Below are positions 20,977 through 35,300 of a stretch of DNA of 63,567 bases, one piece after another. The DNA is from Phoronis australis (taxonomy: Eukaryota; Animalia; Phoronida), in NCBI GenBank assembly GCA_002633005.1, contig NMRA01000792.1, positions 47,271 to 110,837 on the forward strand, read 5' to 3'. The notes below the pieces were generated by a model. That model was not told where the DNA came from. It made no database searches and saw nothing but the letters and a program-made list of their open reading frames with translations. A program made the translations under genes and the position numbers. Position 1 is the stretch's first letter; every line of letters begins with the position of its first letter.

Positions 20977-22434
20977 ACGTCACCATGTCATTAAGTTAAG
21001 AATCATCAGGAGGAGACCTTGTGTGGGACAGGTGCTGCAAACTTGCCGGGACTGAATCTCAGCACGCAGAGGCGAACAGAAAATCACGGAGGAGAAGTGC
21101 TCAGCCCATTTATTCATCCTTTTCATAAGCCAGACCAGTTGTTTATTTCGGGAATTGTGACTTATACCCTATAAGAGACAACTTTGTTTGTACGCTCCAC
21201 ACAACCATTTCAGAAAAGCTATAATTAAATCTCACTTGAGCAAAAGTGCAAATTCTCTGCAAGAATGCGCATAACTGCTACCATGATAATTTCCGCAATT
21301 TATTTCTTGACTGTGATATGTCTGTCATTACTTGGCTAAACGTTTTTTTAGCAAATGTGAAGTGAGAGTGTAAGACCAAATTTCTGTCTAAGTCACTTGC
21401 ATGAAACAGACCCAAGCAGCACTGATAAAACCTTGTCCTGGCATGCTGCCAGTAGGTTTCACTTGCTAAAGGTTATGCACATGTAGGAAGGTAGAAAAAT
21501 GACAATTTTGGCCAACTTGGGAACATCATATCTGAGAAACTGTTGATCAGATTCTCGTGAAACTTTTAGATATTGTGATTTATGAACTGTTCTCTAAAAC
21601 AGTTTTTGCATTGTTTTTAAAATTTTCCATTTTTGCATGGCTGGCTATCAGGTTGCGTGAAATGAAAATAAAACAATAATTTGGAAAAAGTCTAAACTGC
21701 AATTTTGACATTTTATCTCAAATGTTCATATCACATGAAGTTTAGTGCTATGAAATAAATTCAATGTACTTTCATTTCTAAATTTCTTTAGAGAAACAAG
21801 GTCATGTGACCTAATTTGTGGCAAATTGTCATCAAGTCAAAAATCCAATTGTATGGAATTTCTACTTTCAGATAATATTTATGTTTATTCCTAGTTTTGT
21901 GTAAATTTATGGATAAATGTACAGAGACTTGTTTACAAGCTCCAGCCTGACCTTGAAATGCATTTAACCGGCCTCAATGGTTTGATTTATCAATCAGATC
22001 AGTTCAAGGAACATTTTTGTTTCTATGAGTTTAATAGAAAAGTACCAGCCTTGTTTCGAAATCCTTATACAACACCCATGACATAGTTTGTAATCTTAAC
22101 GTAATTAATTCTAGTCTTGACAATCGTCATGCAAAAACAGAGTCTAATGTAAATGCGTTTCTTCGGTTGTGTATGACAACCCCCAGAACGCCTGCACTTA
22201 ATATCTCAAAAATTTATAGTGTTTCTTATGTTTCATATCAGGTTTAGTACACAGGTTCAATGTAAAAGAAATGCCAAAAACCTGAACGTAGGCAGTTCAT
22301 TGGCCCGGTCCACTTGAAGTAGAGGGTTGCGCAATGACACCCATTGTTCCCCCTGACGGCACCCCATGGCGTGGGGCATGCAATGTGAAAGGGTTTTACC
22401 TTGTTCCTATACCATTATCATTGAGCAGAAAACA

Positions 22435-22609
22435 AATAAATAATATAAATTATTAATTTGTAAAAGAAAATGTCATTTGCTGTTGTATAATAAATTATTA
22501 ATTTGTAAAAGGAAATATCATTTGCTGTTGTATTTATCAGTATTACAAAGTGGTAACCAGTGTCTCCGCTGTGTAGCAGTTATACTGTGTCAGATCTGGG
22601 TGAAATAAA
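22435..22609 (+). terminator. Candidate INPP5E polyadenylation signals
   Basis: AATAAA at 22435-22440 and 22604-22609 in an AT-rich zone that includes an approximately 45-bp tandem duplication; which site is used is unknown. Confidence 0.35.
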
Positions 22610-23889
22610 ATGCTATTTATGGACAGCTTACTGGTATTATTTTGTACCATTGCTTACTCTTAAACCATAACTACAATACTCTGAAGTTTTATTGCTACCG
22701 TCCTTTTACAAGTATCCAGGCAGTTGTGGCGACACCGGTTGATCCTGTGTTATGGCTTGTTCAGTTTGAAAGAAAGCTGTATTTGAAGGGGAACGTTATC
22801 ATCATCTACAGTATATGGTACAGTGTACTTTGCTAATTCAGGTTAGCTGACTTTCGTCCGTGAGTCCTTTAATGCCAGTACAGAACTGCCGTGTGCACGC
22901 TACCCTCCGTTTTTTATTGTTTTTCCACGTTGGATAACCTCAGCTAGTGAGATCCCTCACTGTATGCTCGTTCTCAGTTAGTCTATCCTCTTCAGTTATG
23001 ATGCTGTCGCAATGGTCGTACTAAGTGCGAACAATTGAATATTGGTGGTGAGATTTGAAATCCAAGGAATGGTCTGTTTGAACAATTATTGTAACCATAA
23101 AGATAATTAAGATACCACATGTACTTTTACTTTGTCAATAATGTAAAAACTGGTTTGGTTACTTTAAAATGAGGATACTTGCTGGAAGAATCATTTAGTT
23201 AAACAATTTATTACACAAACAATACATTACCGGTGGGCTTATTTATGGGTGCAAAGCATTTATGTTTTTTTGAGTAGCGAGTTGTCATTTCAAGGTTTTC
23301 AGGAGCAGCACGTAAAGGACTTCTGGCAGAAACGTTGCTAACCAAAAGACAATGTGTTTGGAGAGTTAGCGAAAATTTATTCACACTTTTGAGTACAGAA
23401 GGATTGAGTGCAAACTTCTATTCCAAATAACCTACCATTGAAGGAAAGGGACGTCTCAAGTTCGTAAGTCATGGGCTTTGGTCCCTGCGGTGTTCAAAAA
23501 AGGACTCAAAAATTCATTTAATTAAAATTTCAAGTGTAAAATCCACATCAAGTCTATTTCATTCATGATTCAAATTAAAATGATGCGACTTAAGACGTGA
23601 AAATGTCTGGGGTTATTAAGACGCCTACTATGAAGTAACGACCAATTAACATTTTACTTAAAAGTTTAAGTGCAACAAAAATTCTCCCAAATGATAGTTT
23701 AGTAAATGAACTCTGGAAACCATATCCACAACTTGACACGCAATTTTCCTGGGGTTTGCAGATAAGACGGGGGTGTTTGGACCCTATGGGATAACAAGAC
23801 TTCCAAAAATGAACTTGTATGAAGAGGAAATACGACAATTGTGATTTCTGCTTCAGATAAAGCATTATTTGAAATGAACAAACAATACA

Positions 23890-24455
23890 ACCTACGACAT
23901 AAAGAGCCTTGTTATTAGGTAATACGGGCCGGTGTTTGGACCCTGAGGAACAATAAGACCCTGTTGTATAAGGACGGAGAACTTCTTATAGAAGGATCTG
24001 AACAGAAAAGAGACTCGAGCTAGGAAACGACTTGAGAGGTAGTCAGACAAATGAGAGCTACCCGTTTTTCGCACCAAAGATTGGTAGAGCAACTTCTTCG
24101 GTCCACTTCTGGATGGGAAAATTGTATTTGGGGTGATGGGAGTGTGCAACGGTATCAGTTCCATCTACAATGTAATTGTAATCACTAGGAAGACGACAAC
24201 AGAGTCATGCTTAATATGATTGAGGCGGACAAGTCCGCACCTGGCGACATGGTCATAAGAGCTTCTGATACCGACATTTTACTAGTTTTGATCCTACACC
24301 ACGTCCATTGAGATACATCTACGGTGTGGATGGAAGTTGGGACTATAAGACAAGGCAATCTGCGGGAGTTAAGCGTTACTAAGATTACTACTGCGATAGA
24401 CCAAGGTATGTGTGTTGCACTCCTCGACCTACATGCGTTGATTAGATGTGGCTAA
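23890..24455 (+). pseudogene. Decayed PIN/XPG-like nuclease of an Academ-type DNA transposon
   Basis: CNH*EDDNRVMLNM...MVIRASDTDILLVLI...VWMEVGT...NLRELSV..ITTAI.QGMCVALLDLHALIRCG* resembles the HEEAD...SDTDV...HAxTGCD pattern, with in-frame stops. Confidence 0.6.
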
Positions 24456-24649
24456 TACGTGACCGTTTGTATAGAGACGACACAAACAACGTAATATTTC
24501 ACACGAGTGAAAGCTTTACTGTTCAAACAAGATAGGCATATGCAGCTTAGAAATATAGTAAAATTATGAAACTCACATCTTTAAATCGTCAAGGACACCG
24601 TCTTGCAGTGCGATCAAACAAGAATCCAAACACTGGCGCAAATAGCCTA

Positions 24650-24881
24650 GGGCCCGTTCCAAGAAACTGACTTAATTTTATTTTTGAGATTAGTCTCAGC
24701 TTCCAAATTTTGAAACCTCCACATCCGGTAAATTAGTCGAAATTAAGACAAGATTTAAATCAGAAACTTATGTCAAACTTAAGATCTCTTTCTTGAAATG
24801 GACTTGAAACAAATCTAAATTTTAGATTAAAATTGACTGAAATTCAAAATTTGTCTTAGCTAAGACAGTTTGGAACAGACC
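24650..24881. mobile_element. MITE with GGGCCCGTTCCAA / TTGGAACAGACC termini (Harbinger-like)
   Basis: Imperfect TIRs read directly. Confidence 0.5.
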
Positions 24882-25789
24882 TCAGAATAATAGATGCAAC
24901 ACAATTTCTCTTAATACTTAGCTACCAAAAATTGAAAAAATGAATTAAACCCCATTTTACAGCATAAATTGTTGTCCTTAAATTCCTTGCCGAAACAGAC
25001 TCGAAGTTCATTACGTAAACAATCGATCGAAACCACTGAGCTCTTTCGGTGGCAATTCGAGAACGGTTAAGCGTTATTTCAAAACGGCCAAAAAGCGCTT
25101 CGATTAAGAACTGGCAGCTATCCAGGCGAAATACCCTTTTAAATCGCGTCGATATGTGAAACACTACACTTACATGTAATGTTTCTTTTTAATGATCTTC
25201 TAAACACTATAAAAGTTATATGTACATATACATGTACGTCTTCTCTGTATTGCAAATTCCGTTGCGGGTTGGACACGACGCAACGATCAACATACTGCCG
25301 TGAAGTGACGCTCAAACACCCTCCAAAGCGCTTACGAAAAATTATCTGTAATGCTCTCGAGAGGCATAAAAGTACAGTACTGTCTGCAGCAGCACACTTT
25401 CAGTGCCAGTTCGTCCAAAACATCCCTATTCGTTACACAGTGGGTAATAGTCCTTTCGAGAACCAGTTTTTCCACTAAAGACAAGCATCAAACTGATTCT
25501 CACCATGCAGGACTCCTGTAAGTGGCTATTGCACTCTTTCTTCGAAATATTTGTTGACTATTTCGACAGCTTCTCCAGGAAATTCTCATTGGCTGGTAAA
25601 AGTGGAGACAAGGTGCTTGTGCATATGTCCGACGTCACTTCCCAATACCACCTGTACGTGTGCATGTACATGTATGATAGTGTTCGGCCGGCATGCAGCC
25701 CGGGGCCTGCGTGGGACACCTTCAGTGCTGTCGTCATAGGCGGACTTGGAACACGTCGCAGTACAATCCGGCCAAGTCAGTCAATGTCA

Positions 25790-26270
25790 ACGATAAGACC
25801 ACGAAAGAGGAAACATCCAATGTTGTGCATAGTATTTCATGCTCGGACCCAGGTTGTGAGGAAACATATAGGCCTATTGATGAAACCAAGGAAGCAGAAA
25901 AGTTGGGTCAGTCAACATTGGACCCAGTTACGGGTCGCCGATTCGGCGCCTACGGGTGTTCACTCCCTGCTGATACGTTCGGACCATTCTCTCCAAGGGC
26001 GATGTTACACTTCTAGATATGGAAAAACTGGTTAACGAGGCAATATGTGTGAACGCGTGGAAAATCATAGTTTAAATCGACAAGGCGGTCTGAGATTTGT
26101 ATTACCACTACAATATGGGATAAAGCGGTCAGGAGTATCCTGCGCAGACTGTGCTGTCGATCACATTACGAGTCACGTTAAACGCTACCCTGTTGAAGTC
26201 CTCGGGTGAAGGGCGCAACTAGCCAACTCAAATCCGTAAGTCCAGTATTTGATTTATTCTTCACAACATT
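25790..26270 (+). mobile_element. Penelope-like element remnant (GIY-YIG fragment and terminal region)
   Basis: SNVVHSISCSDPGCEETY(RP)IDETK resembles the PLE endonuclease pattern NVVYxIxCxxC..YIGET. The downstream CCTGTTGAAG...GGCGCAAC...AAGTCCAGT looks like a decayed PLE terminus. Confidence 0.5.
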
Positions 26271-26316
26271 ATCTATTCAACTGGATGACTGACGACGTTG
26301 TCAATTCTAGTCAGCT

Positions 26317-26376
26317 CTACAACATCAAGTGTTGGATGAGACCGGCTAGCGCGTGCATTTCTGTTATCCGGCGTTC
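26317..26376 (-). CDS. Gene A putative terminal coding exon (ERRITEMHALAGLIQHLML*)
   Basis: Strong acceptor TTCTTTCCTATTTATTCAG, phase 0, TAG stop, AATAAA about 60 nt downstream (26253-26258). Confidence 0.5.
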   Translation of the reverse strand, partial: ERRITEMHALAGLIQHLML

Positions 26377-29300
26377 CTGAATAAATAGGAAAGAACATAC
26401 AAATAAGAATGCAATTCCTTTCATCTCAATTAAAATTTTAAAATATGCCTCAGGTGAGCTGTGATAGCCGCCATTTCCGACGTGCTCTATAGGATAGTTG
26501 CTTCCATTGCTGCTAGCACACGCGGTACAAAACAGCCAGCTAATATGACAGTGAACGGAGCGTTTTGGAAAACAGGGACACCGGTGACAGTTGAGTTATT
26601 GAATCTTATCTCCAATCTGAGAGAGCAAAGCGTGACTGATTTGTGGCATGCGTGTCAAAGAACCCACGGAATTTTTTCCATGGCAATTTTTAAACAAAAG
26701 CACATGTACATGTGTTATCAAAAGAAATTGAAAAATTGGCCGAAATGGTCCGTTTCTACATGCTTAAAGCAATTAAGTGTCAAGCCGGGAGCCAAAATTC
26801 CAACAGTTCTGGCGTTCAGGTTGCGACCTAAAGCCTGGTACATGTAATTAGCAATAATAGCTTGCTTCAAAACATTCACAAACATGAACAAGCGAAGTAA
26901 CTAGATTGCGGGTTGCTGTAGAAAATGCCAGATAGTCGGTATTTTTTCACACTGACACGGGCTTTGCGAATGCATACATTTCGTGGAAAAAACAACGTAA
27001 AGGCTTTGCGAATGCATACATTTCGTGGAAAAACAACGTAAACACAATGTTTTGCTTCATTGGGCATCAAACTAAACACTTCAGGTAACGTTTGGTCTTT
27101 TGGTCAATTTGAGATCCACGAGGTCGCTACCTTTAGCCCCATGTCTGTACTAGGCCATTACTGCAACAGACCACAGAGTAAAAACAAAACAATAACCAGT
27201 GCAGTGCACTTGATATGAAAGAGTTGATTAGCTTGTATTTTCTTAGAAACTCCAAACCAATTAAAAAGCCTACCTCGCCACGCACTGGAAAAGGAATACA
27301 CCGGAACTTGTGCAGCGCGTGAATGCCTCGAGTTTTGCATCTTTCGCACAAGTCGTAATCGGGACACTGAAGACATTCGTAACGTGTTCCACGTAGAAAG
27401 CTTTGGCAACCGTCACACATTATTCCAGGGTGGGTTGCTTTATATTGGTCTGGCACTAAATGGCAAACAAAGCATTTAGGTTAACAATAGGCACTCTTTC
27501 ATCTAGATTGTGTTCACAAACTTAAAACGTTTTAGTGACTATTTAAGTTAATTAGGAACTTTTTCCGCTTCGCCAAATCGACTTGATTTGAACACGGGGA
27601 TTTTCCTTTTAAACGCCTGGTTTTTGTGTATTGTAAAGTAGCGAATGCTATTTTGTACAAATACACCTTACATCTTGTGACTTAACTTAACATAGGAACA
27701 AAACTAAACGAGTACTGGAATATTCCTAGCGGCATTTCGGAGGTAAATTGTGAAGTTTTCATTTTAAAAACGGCTTCATTAAAATCTACCAAGGGGTTTT
27801 TACATTGTTATGGCTGTACATTTCTTAAAAATGAAATTTTGATTTAAACGTTTAACTTAAATTTTGACGTAAAAATGGTGATGCCACATCAAAATAAAAA
27901 CATATTTTATAACCTACGATATATTTTCCTTTTAGGGAATATATCACATTTACTATTTGACGTAGCCTGTTTTTGATATATGAGTTAGAATGAAGGTCAC
28001 TAAATAAGGTTTGAGATAACCTGATTGAGCAAATTCAAAGATTATGCCGCTGACAAAGCAAGCTTCACTTAGACGCTGTTTCATCAATTCAAGCGGACAT
28101 CGTGAGAACAGTAGTTGTTTCGCACTGTTTTTATGTTTGGCAATAAGATTAGGTGCTCTGTTCTCAAATACATGACACACCAGATTTATAGATGAGACAC
28201 GTCAGCTTCTTTGCATTGGAGATCCAGCGAAAATGTTTATTATGAACCCGCTTTGATTGAAGTTTTAGAGCATGCATGCCGCAAAAATGCATCTGCACGA
28301 GCATGATTCACTGCAAAATTCAAAGAGATGTTCAATAATTAATTTATCGGTCAAATTTTAGTGTGAACGCTATTGTCCTTCATATATCGCCATCCCAATG
28401 ATGAGCTCTATGTCAGCACTCAGTTACACTCATTTCCTTCCAGCTCACTTGCCCCTCCTTGCCCTAGGCCCACCTCATTCCCTTCAGTCGTCAACGCTTC
28501 CAAACCGGCCCTCTGCAAACGCAACTTTGAGTATGTACTGAAAGAAGAAACAATCACAGTACTTGCTACGAGTTAAGCGAAGGATTCCAATTTACAAATT
28601 AAGATGTCTTCTCCTGCAGCCGTTTGACAGCGCTTGTCTGTACAAAGTATTTCACAGAACTGGAGGCAGTAGGAGTTCTATGCAGTTGCAACAAGGTTTA
28701 CAGATATCAGACCGGCTGTATGGATTCTTATGTGAAAAGTACTGTGTGTCATTTACGAAACATTTTTAAATGTTTCGTAAATGACACACAGTACTTAAAA
28801 GTCTGCAGAACCACTGATTCCAATGTTCCAGAAACCGTAACTTTGTAATGTTTAATAAACACTAAAGAGACATTACAAAAAAATCGTTTGGCTTCAATCC
28901 AGTTTCTCAATCGAGGCTATGGTGTACGGTATCAGACTAGCAAGTCCATTGTTAAGGGTTCCTGTGCTCTTTTGTCCGACATCACGACTTCAGTGAGGGC
29001 CAGTTATCCACCATGGTTCAAAGAGTTAGTGACTAAAGCTAATCGAAACGTAACACTTATAAATTGGCAAGTTTTATCGTATTTCTCTGTGTAAAAGCGG
29101 TTCTAAAACATTTTCCAAGGAATTCAATTTCATAACTTAAAAAGTTCAAGAATTCATCAGTTTTAGTTCACGAGATATCAATTTGATTTTAACCGGTGTT
29201 TCATGGCCTGACGTCATCGCTAATGCGGCAAATGCTTTCCTCCACATAATAGGATCTTACTGTACACCAGATTCCTTTTTAAACAAGCCTCTTGATGGCA

Positions 29301-32300
29301 GCAGGAATTGCACAAATATTGACGAAGCAAAAGGTCCCGTCAAACGTGCCCAACCAAAGGGGGCTGGGGGGCTATAGCCTCCATGGTCTATGGGCGGTTC
29401 ACCACCGGGGGTGTGGGGGCTTTAGCCCCCACTGTTTTCATTGATGCGCCTCCCATGCTGCTGTTCTTCTAATGTCTCACGTGCTCTCGCCTAAGTTCCA
29501 TATTTCCGAAATAGGCCCCTCTAGAGGTTCAAATGACAAAAATGCAGCACAATTTATGGATCTCTTAAGAAATAAAGCGAAACAAAGCATATTTTAGTAT
29601 ACCAATGATCATGTTGACCTCTCGACGTTGCACAGGTTACGCAAGATGCCTACCTTACGTTGTATGGAGATGCAGTAGAATCTGTGTTGTTGGTGGTGTC
29701 CCTCGGCCTTGCACTTTCCACACAAGTCGTAGTTGGGGCAGTCGATGCACTTGTAACGTGCACCATAAACTGCGCATTTACAAGCATCGCACGTAACTCC
29801 GTGGTGACGTAGTTGCGATCTCAAAGGCACTACATATAAGAAACGAGGAATCTTTAGTCTCTGAACTTACCATTTTTACATAATGTAGCCTTGTGTTCAG
29901 AAATCGTTTAACTCAAATTTTCCGTTTCGCCTTGTTTAGCTAGCTAACACGAAAATCAACTTTGGTCTTTTACTTTTATAAAATCAATCTCTTAATATTC
30001 CGCATCGTCTGGAGATTCCGTTTCCGTTTCCGGCTCAAGTCACCTGCATTAAGTACATGAACCATTTTCGAATTCGCAAGGGTTAATTGGTTAACTCCAA
30101 CAAAGTTTAAAGCGTTTGCTTGGGTCTCTGATGGTTACAATGTTCTTCTTGGTAACGGAAATAAAATGATTTCACAGTAAGGAATATTAAGAAACACATT
30201 TTATGAAAGTAAAAGGCCGATTTCGATTTCGGTTTTTAACCAGCCAAACATGTGGATGCGTTGAGTGACCCGTATGCAAGAAAGGGTTAAGAACGAAAAT
30301 CGTTATGATTAAACGCTCATTATCATCTTTGTACGTATATGTACATGTATGAAGTACTAGAAGAACAATCGTTTGAGAATAGGTTATCTTTTAACCCCCC
30401 CCCCCCTCTCTAGCTGCTGTGTATCAATGATATTGGAGTACAGGCCTCACAGGCAGTGTTTGCGTTTCACGTGACATCTCTGAACGTCTGTTGTGTTCGT
30501 TGAAGTCAAAAGTGCGAAAAATGACGGGTAAACTGAAACGAGAAGAGCAAAACTGGTATTAACGGTCAATTTCAGAAGACCAAAATAATATGCTGTACTG
30601 ACATCCACACGGTTTTCATAAACCAGAAGATCAAATTGGTGAATCTTCTGAAACTACAATGTTTTGGAGTGAGTGACTGCATTCGAGAGGAAGTACCAGT
30701 ACTACGATCACCACGACGACCACCACCATAAACAGTATCAACATCAACTTCTCCATCATCATCTTCATCATCGTCACTGTATCACATTCATCACAATGTC
30801 ATCATCGTCGTCATCATCGTCGTCATCGTCAACATCATCACCATCATCATTACCATATTATCTTCATTCATCATCTTCAATGCCATCATTGTCAAACGAT
30901 CCGCCATCATTTTCGTCATAATCACCATACAGTATCATCAGCATCATCACCACTATCATCATCTTCATCATCATCATCATCATCATCATCATCTTCGGAA
31001 TCATAGTCATCTTCATGAGCAATATAGTCTAGACGTACATGTATTTCTGGAAAATGTGCACGCTAGAAGCATTTTTAATGAAAGTGGGGAATAAATCTTT
31101 TTAGCATAACTGTGGTGCGGTGATTTCGATTATGCGTGTTCCCAAGCTGGAGTTTGAGTTCTTTCCCATACCCATCTAATCTGAATAAACCAAATGGCCG
31201 CCAAACCAACAAGATAAGAAACATTCTTGGGACCAGGAGTACAATATACACTGTATCACGAATAATTATGAAATTGTTGCCACAACAACCATAGTATAAG
31301 TGTATTTAGATCATTTAATTTTTAAAACATGCAAATAAAAGTCATAAAATTCCTTATTATGCTATTTAGCTCCCGCCATTACCGAAAAAAACAAATTTCG
31401 GTGTAACTTTATCAATTTGCAGGCAGATATGACAAATAAAAGCGCTCAGAGGAGTGACATTAGACGACAATGGAGATGTTGATGACAATAATAATGATGT
31501 CGATGATGATTTGGGCGGTGATGAATGGAGATGTCAGAAATGAGTAAGAAGTGTGCCATAATTTTGTTCAATAGAAGATAAACCAGTAGAATTGCAGCAA
31601 AAAAATCCGCCAACAAAGGAACAGCCTCATCACAATATCCTCAATTAATTCAAAAAGAGACGTCTTAGCAAAGCATGGAAAATATCTTCGTAAAGCACGT
31701 TCAAAACTCTATCCAACACATGAGTTTCACAAAATTCCACAAAGTTTTTGAAAACTTTCAAATTTTGATTTTTTTCAAATTGAAAGCTAAAAAGCTCAGA
31801 AACGGTAAATCTGATAAACACTGTTTCATTTCATTTGAAAGAGTATACCTCAGAAAGTCCACATGCAAAATTCGTGTCATTTGGTCTTCCTGTTCAAAAT
31901 AAAACCCCTGCACGATTGAAAATTAATGAAAGTGCGCCTGATCCACCATTTTGAAAACTACTTCCGGTTAAGCAGCACTTGGTTATAGCTAGTTACAGGA
32001 TATTAAAACTTGAAAAATTTCGAAACAACTGGTTTTACAGGAAGCCCTCCACACGACATTTAAAAACAAAATGGCCGCCACATCCGCCTTCTCAGAGGTA
32101 GTGTGTGAATTGCGTGCACATTGGACGAAAAATTTGACATGTAGTTTGCGAACAAACAAAAAAAAACAAAAAAGTTGATTTCAGACAACATACTTGGAGA
32201 AAATTTTCGGTACCTTTGGAACTTTCCATGCAAGAGGACACTGTTGAAGTAGTGCGGGAGATGAATATGGAAGAAATATCACATGGCCGTATTGCATTCG

Positions 32301-35300
32301 ACTCATTCAACGCGTATGGAATTTGATATTAAGTGCTCGTCATCTGCGTGAGCAATTAATTAACATGGGCTGTTGATTAGTGGAAGTACATTTTGTGAAT
32401 AAGTGAGATATGTTGGTCGGAATTTTGATACGTGCAAGTATTGGGCTAACAAAATGTTTGTTTTAGAATGACATGTATCTTCAGACTAACTGATATGAGT
32501 TGGTCTAATCAACACTGAATACCATTCATCAGTGGCAATGATAACCTTATTAACATGCGATTTCATTAATGTGTTCAGACTACAGATTGAATAGCGATTG
32601 AACTGTGACATACCTTACACTCGAAAGAAAGTCCTGCAAATCTATGCTGTTTGTGTTCACCTCGGTCTCTGCAAGTTTGGCAAAGATCATAGTCCGGGCA
32701 TTCTAGGCACATATATCTCTTGCCATAGATGTCGCCATTGCAGCCATCACACATCACGTTGGAGTGGAAGGTCTTGGTGTTCTTCTCGTCATTACCAGCT
32801 CCAACAACCGCTGTGTGAAACCAGACAACAAATTATGCTGGGGGTATTCACACACCTTTGAATTTAGAGTTGCGAAAGTAGGCAGATCAAACTTCTCGTT
32901 TTCCTTTGAGGCCATTGTTTCTTGCATACACCTGGACACCCATTTATCTATTTTAGGTTAGTAGCTTGAATATGTCATTGAATATTTGTTTTTGCTCCTA
33001 AGACGTCAACAATTGGTTAATTCAACCAAACTTGAATACAAATATACCCTGTAGCTCCAACTGAATTGCAACATTGATTGTGATACCACTTAAGCCCTCT
33101 TTGCAGCAAAGTTAGTAAACATAATAAACATTTACTGACGGAATGTGATATCGTTGGAATGGGAACGACTGGGCTTCACATTGGTATCCAAAATGATTTA
33201 ATTAAACCAAAAATAATAAAAACACTAGAGACCATGCTTGACGCATAAAATGACACAGCGTTTGTTATTAGTATTGCTACCAATTGTCTTATTGTTGTGC
33301 ATATTTTGCATCAAATAAGGGTAAAACACGATGAAAGCGGTAGTTACATTGTGTTTTCCTTCAGTAAGTTACTCGTTTACTTACATCTCACGTATACACT
33401 GAACGTATTTCCTGACAAACTGTCCAAGGCGTCCTCAAGGTCTGTGTCGTTGTCAATCACAACATACTCACCGCCCGTACCTGCAATGTAGTGGTCGAAA
33501 TTGCGAAGACTAGCGGAACGCCCATAATCCTTGATATTCTCAAAATCGTCGTTGGGAAAAGTTTAATGTTTCCATAAAATGTATGTAAATGTCATTAGCT
33601 GAAAGAACTGGCACATCTATGACACCTTTTCTCAAATAAATGAGCTTGGAAAAAACTAAAGCTGATTATTTAATACGTTATTACCCAGATATTACCCCAC
33701 ATTGCTAATGCATTAATTGGTATATCTGAAGAACGATATTTATAATTACTGTTAGAACTGAGTAAGTTGATTCGCTCCATTCATGACCTTTCGGGATTTG
33801 TGCCTGGGTTATTAACTTGAGTATAATGTGTTGGGGTTATTATGATTGTTTCTAGACAGTCACTTTCCGCTAATTTTGCCCTCCAGTAGGACGAAAATTC
33901 TTTCTTTCGTTTTCGTTTTCGTTTACGAACCATGTTACCGGTATCAATCGTTTATTAGCAATGTATAATATCCTAGCCACACCGCAGCTGACCACGAACG
34001 GCATGTTGATGGATGGGTTAGAGTACTAATTAACAATAAGACTTTGCATTATGGGACAAATTTTGCGCAAAATGTGATTTGATTGACAAATTTCAGGTAA
34101 ACAAGTTTCACGTGCTAGGAATCACTTCCGCAAAAGTGGCAAATTTGAATAGAAAAAATATATTTGTGAGGGTAAATGAATATTTTTTGGAATCCTCACA
34201 TATTTTGCCGTGCATAAAAGAAGTGTTAAAAAAAACGACATTTATTGAGACACAGAGGTACACGTATCCTTAAAGCACAGCTCTCCCGTAGGACTTGGCT
34301 CAGTGGCAAAAATTCAGCTGCTACTACTGAGCTTGCGGGTTCTATTCGGCGCTAGTGCTAGCTATAATATTAATTGTCTCGAAGAGAATGTATCTTTAAC
34401 AGTCATCGTTTAAAGTAAAAAAAGCACATTGAAACGCGCAGTCTAAAACGTGTACACTTATAATGGGGCCACCAGTGCCTTCAGTGAAACACGTGGTATG
34501 CGGCAACACACGCTGTATTAGAGAAGTTTCGCAGAGCGGCATGAACGTCAACTATGACGCATACTGTACGTAATTGCGCCTGCCAATTCGGTGTTACAGA
34601 AACAAAATGGGTTTCACAACAGCTAAATTTTTACGCGAACGTGAAAGTAAATGTGACCTTAGTAACTGGGCTCAGGGTGTTCAGTTATCATCCGCTAGTT
34701 GGAAATATAATATCATGTTGAATTTGAAAAAAGTCGCTTCTACAAACTCTTGCAAAAAATGGTCAACTCTTAGAGTGCTACATTTGTTTGGAGTTCCAAA
34801 TAAATAGAAGCACATAAAAATTAACAACACTAAACCATATCTGTTAAAAATTCATTTTGTTTCAATGATTTCCATCTAACCCAGGCGGAATAAGGATTCT
34901 GGAAAAAGTGTTGCCTTTCTTGCAACTAAACTTTAAGAATATTTATAGACAAAAGTATCGTGTTCATTTTATAGTGAAGTAATTAAGGAAGAAAGATTGA
35001 GAATTATATCAAAATGAAAATTTTCTCGTTGTCTTACCAAATAAGAATATAAAAGGCCCACCGGTTTCGCGTTTAAAGCGACGCGAATCTCCCTGAATTC
35101 TCGTAAAATACTCAAACACTATCGGGATTACGTCAAAGCCAACACTGGCATGTATGATGCGGTATTGTAAATATGTGATAACTAAAGTTCAGGTCGCTAT
35201 TTTCAAAATGCACTGTAAGCCGAAACGCAAGCTCATGTTTTTGCCCAAAGTCCATTGTGTCTGTAGGCGACACTCATTTACGCGTTACTCGTGCTTCAGT

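Noticed and set aside
25505-26035. 176-aa plus-strand ORF as a host gene
   Set aside because: No recognisable domain or splice context, and it overlaps a Penelope-like remnant in another frame.
26187-26222. Penelope-type hammerhead (CTGTTGA...GCGCAAC)
   Set aside because: Both catalytic cores are mutated; at most a dead remnant.
30673-30921. His/Ser-rich ORF
   Set aside because: Translation of a (CAT)n microsatellite inside a gene A intron.
32856-32931. Extra gene A exon before ZZ1
   Set aside because: It has a stop in the required phase and would leave only a 45-nt intron.
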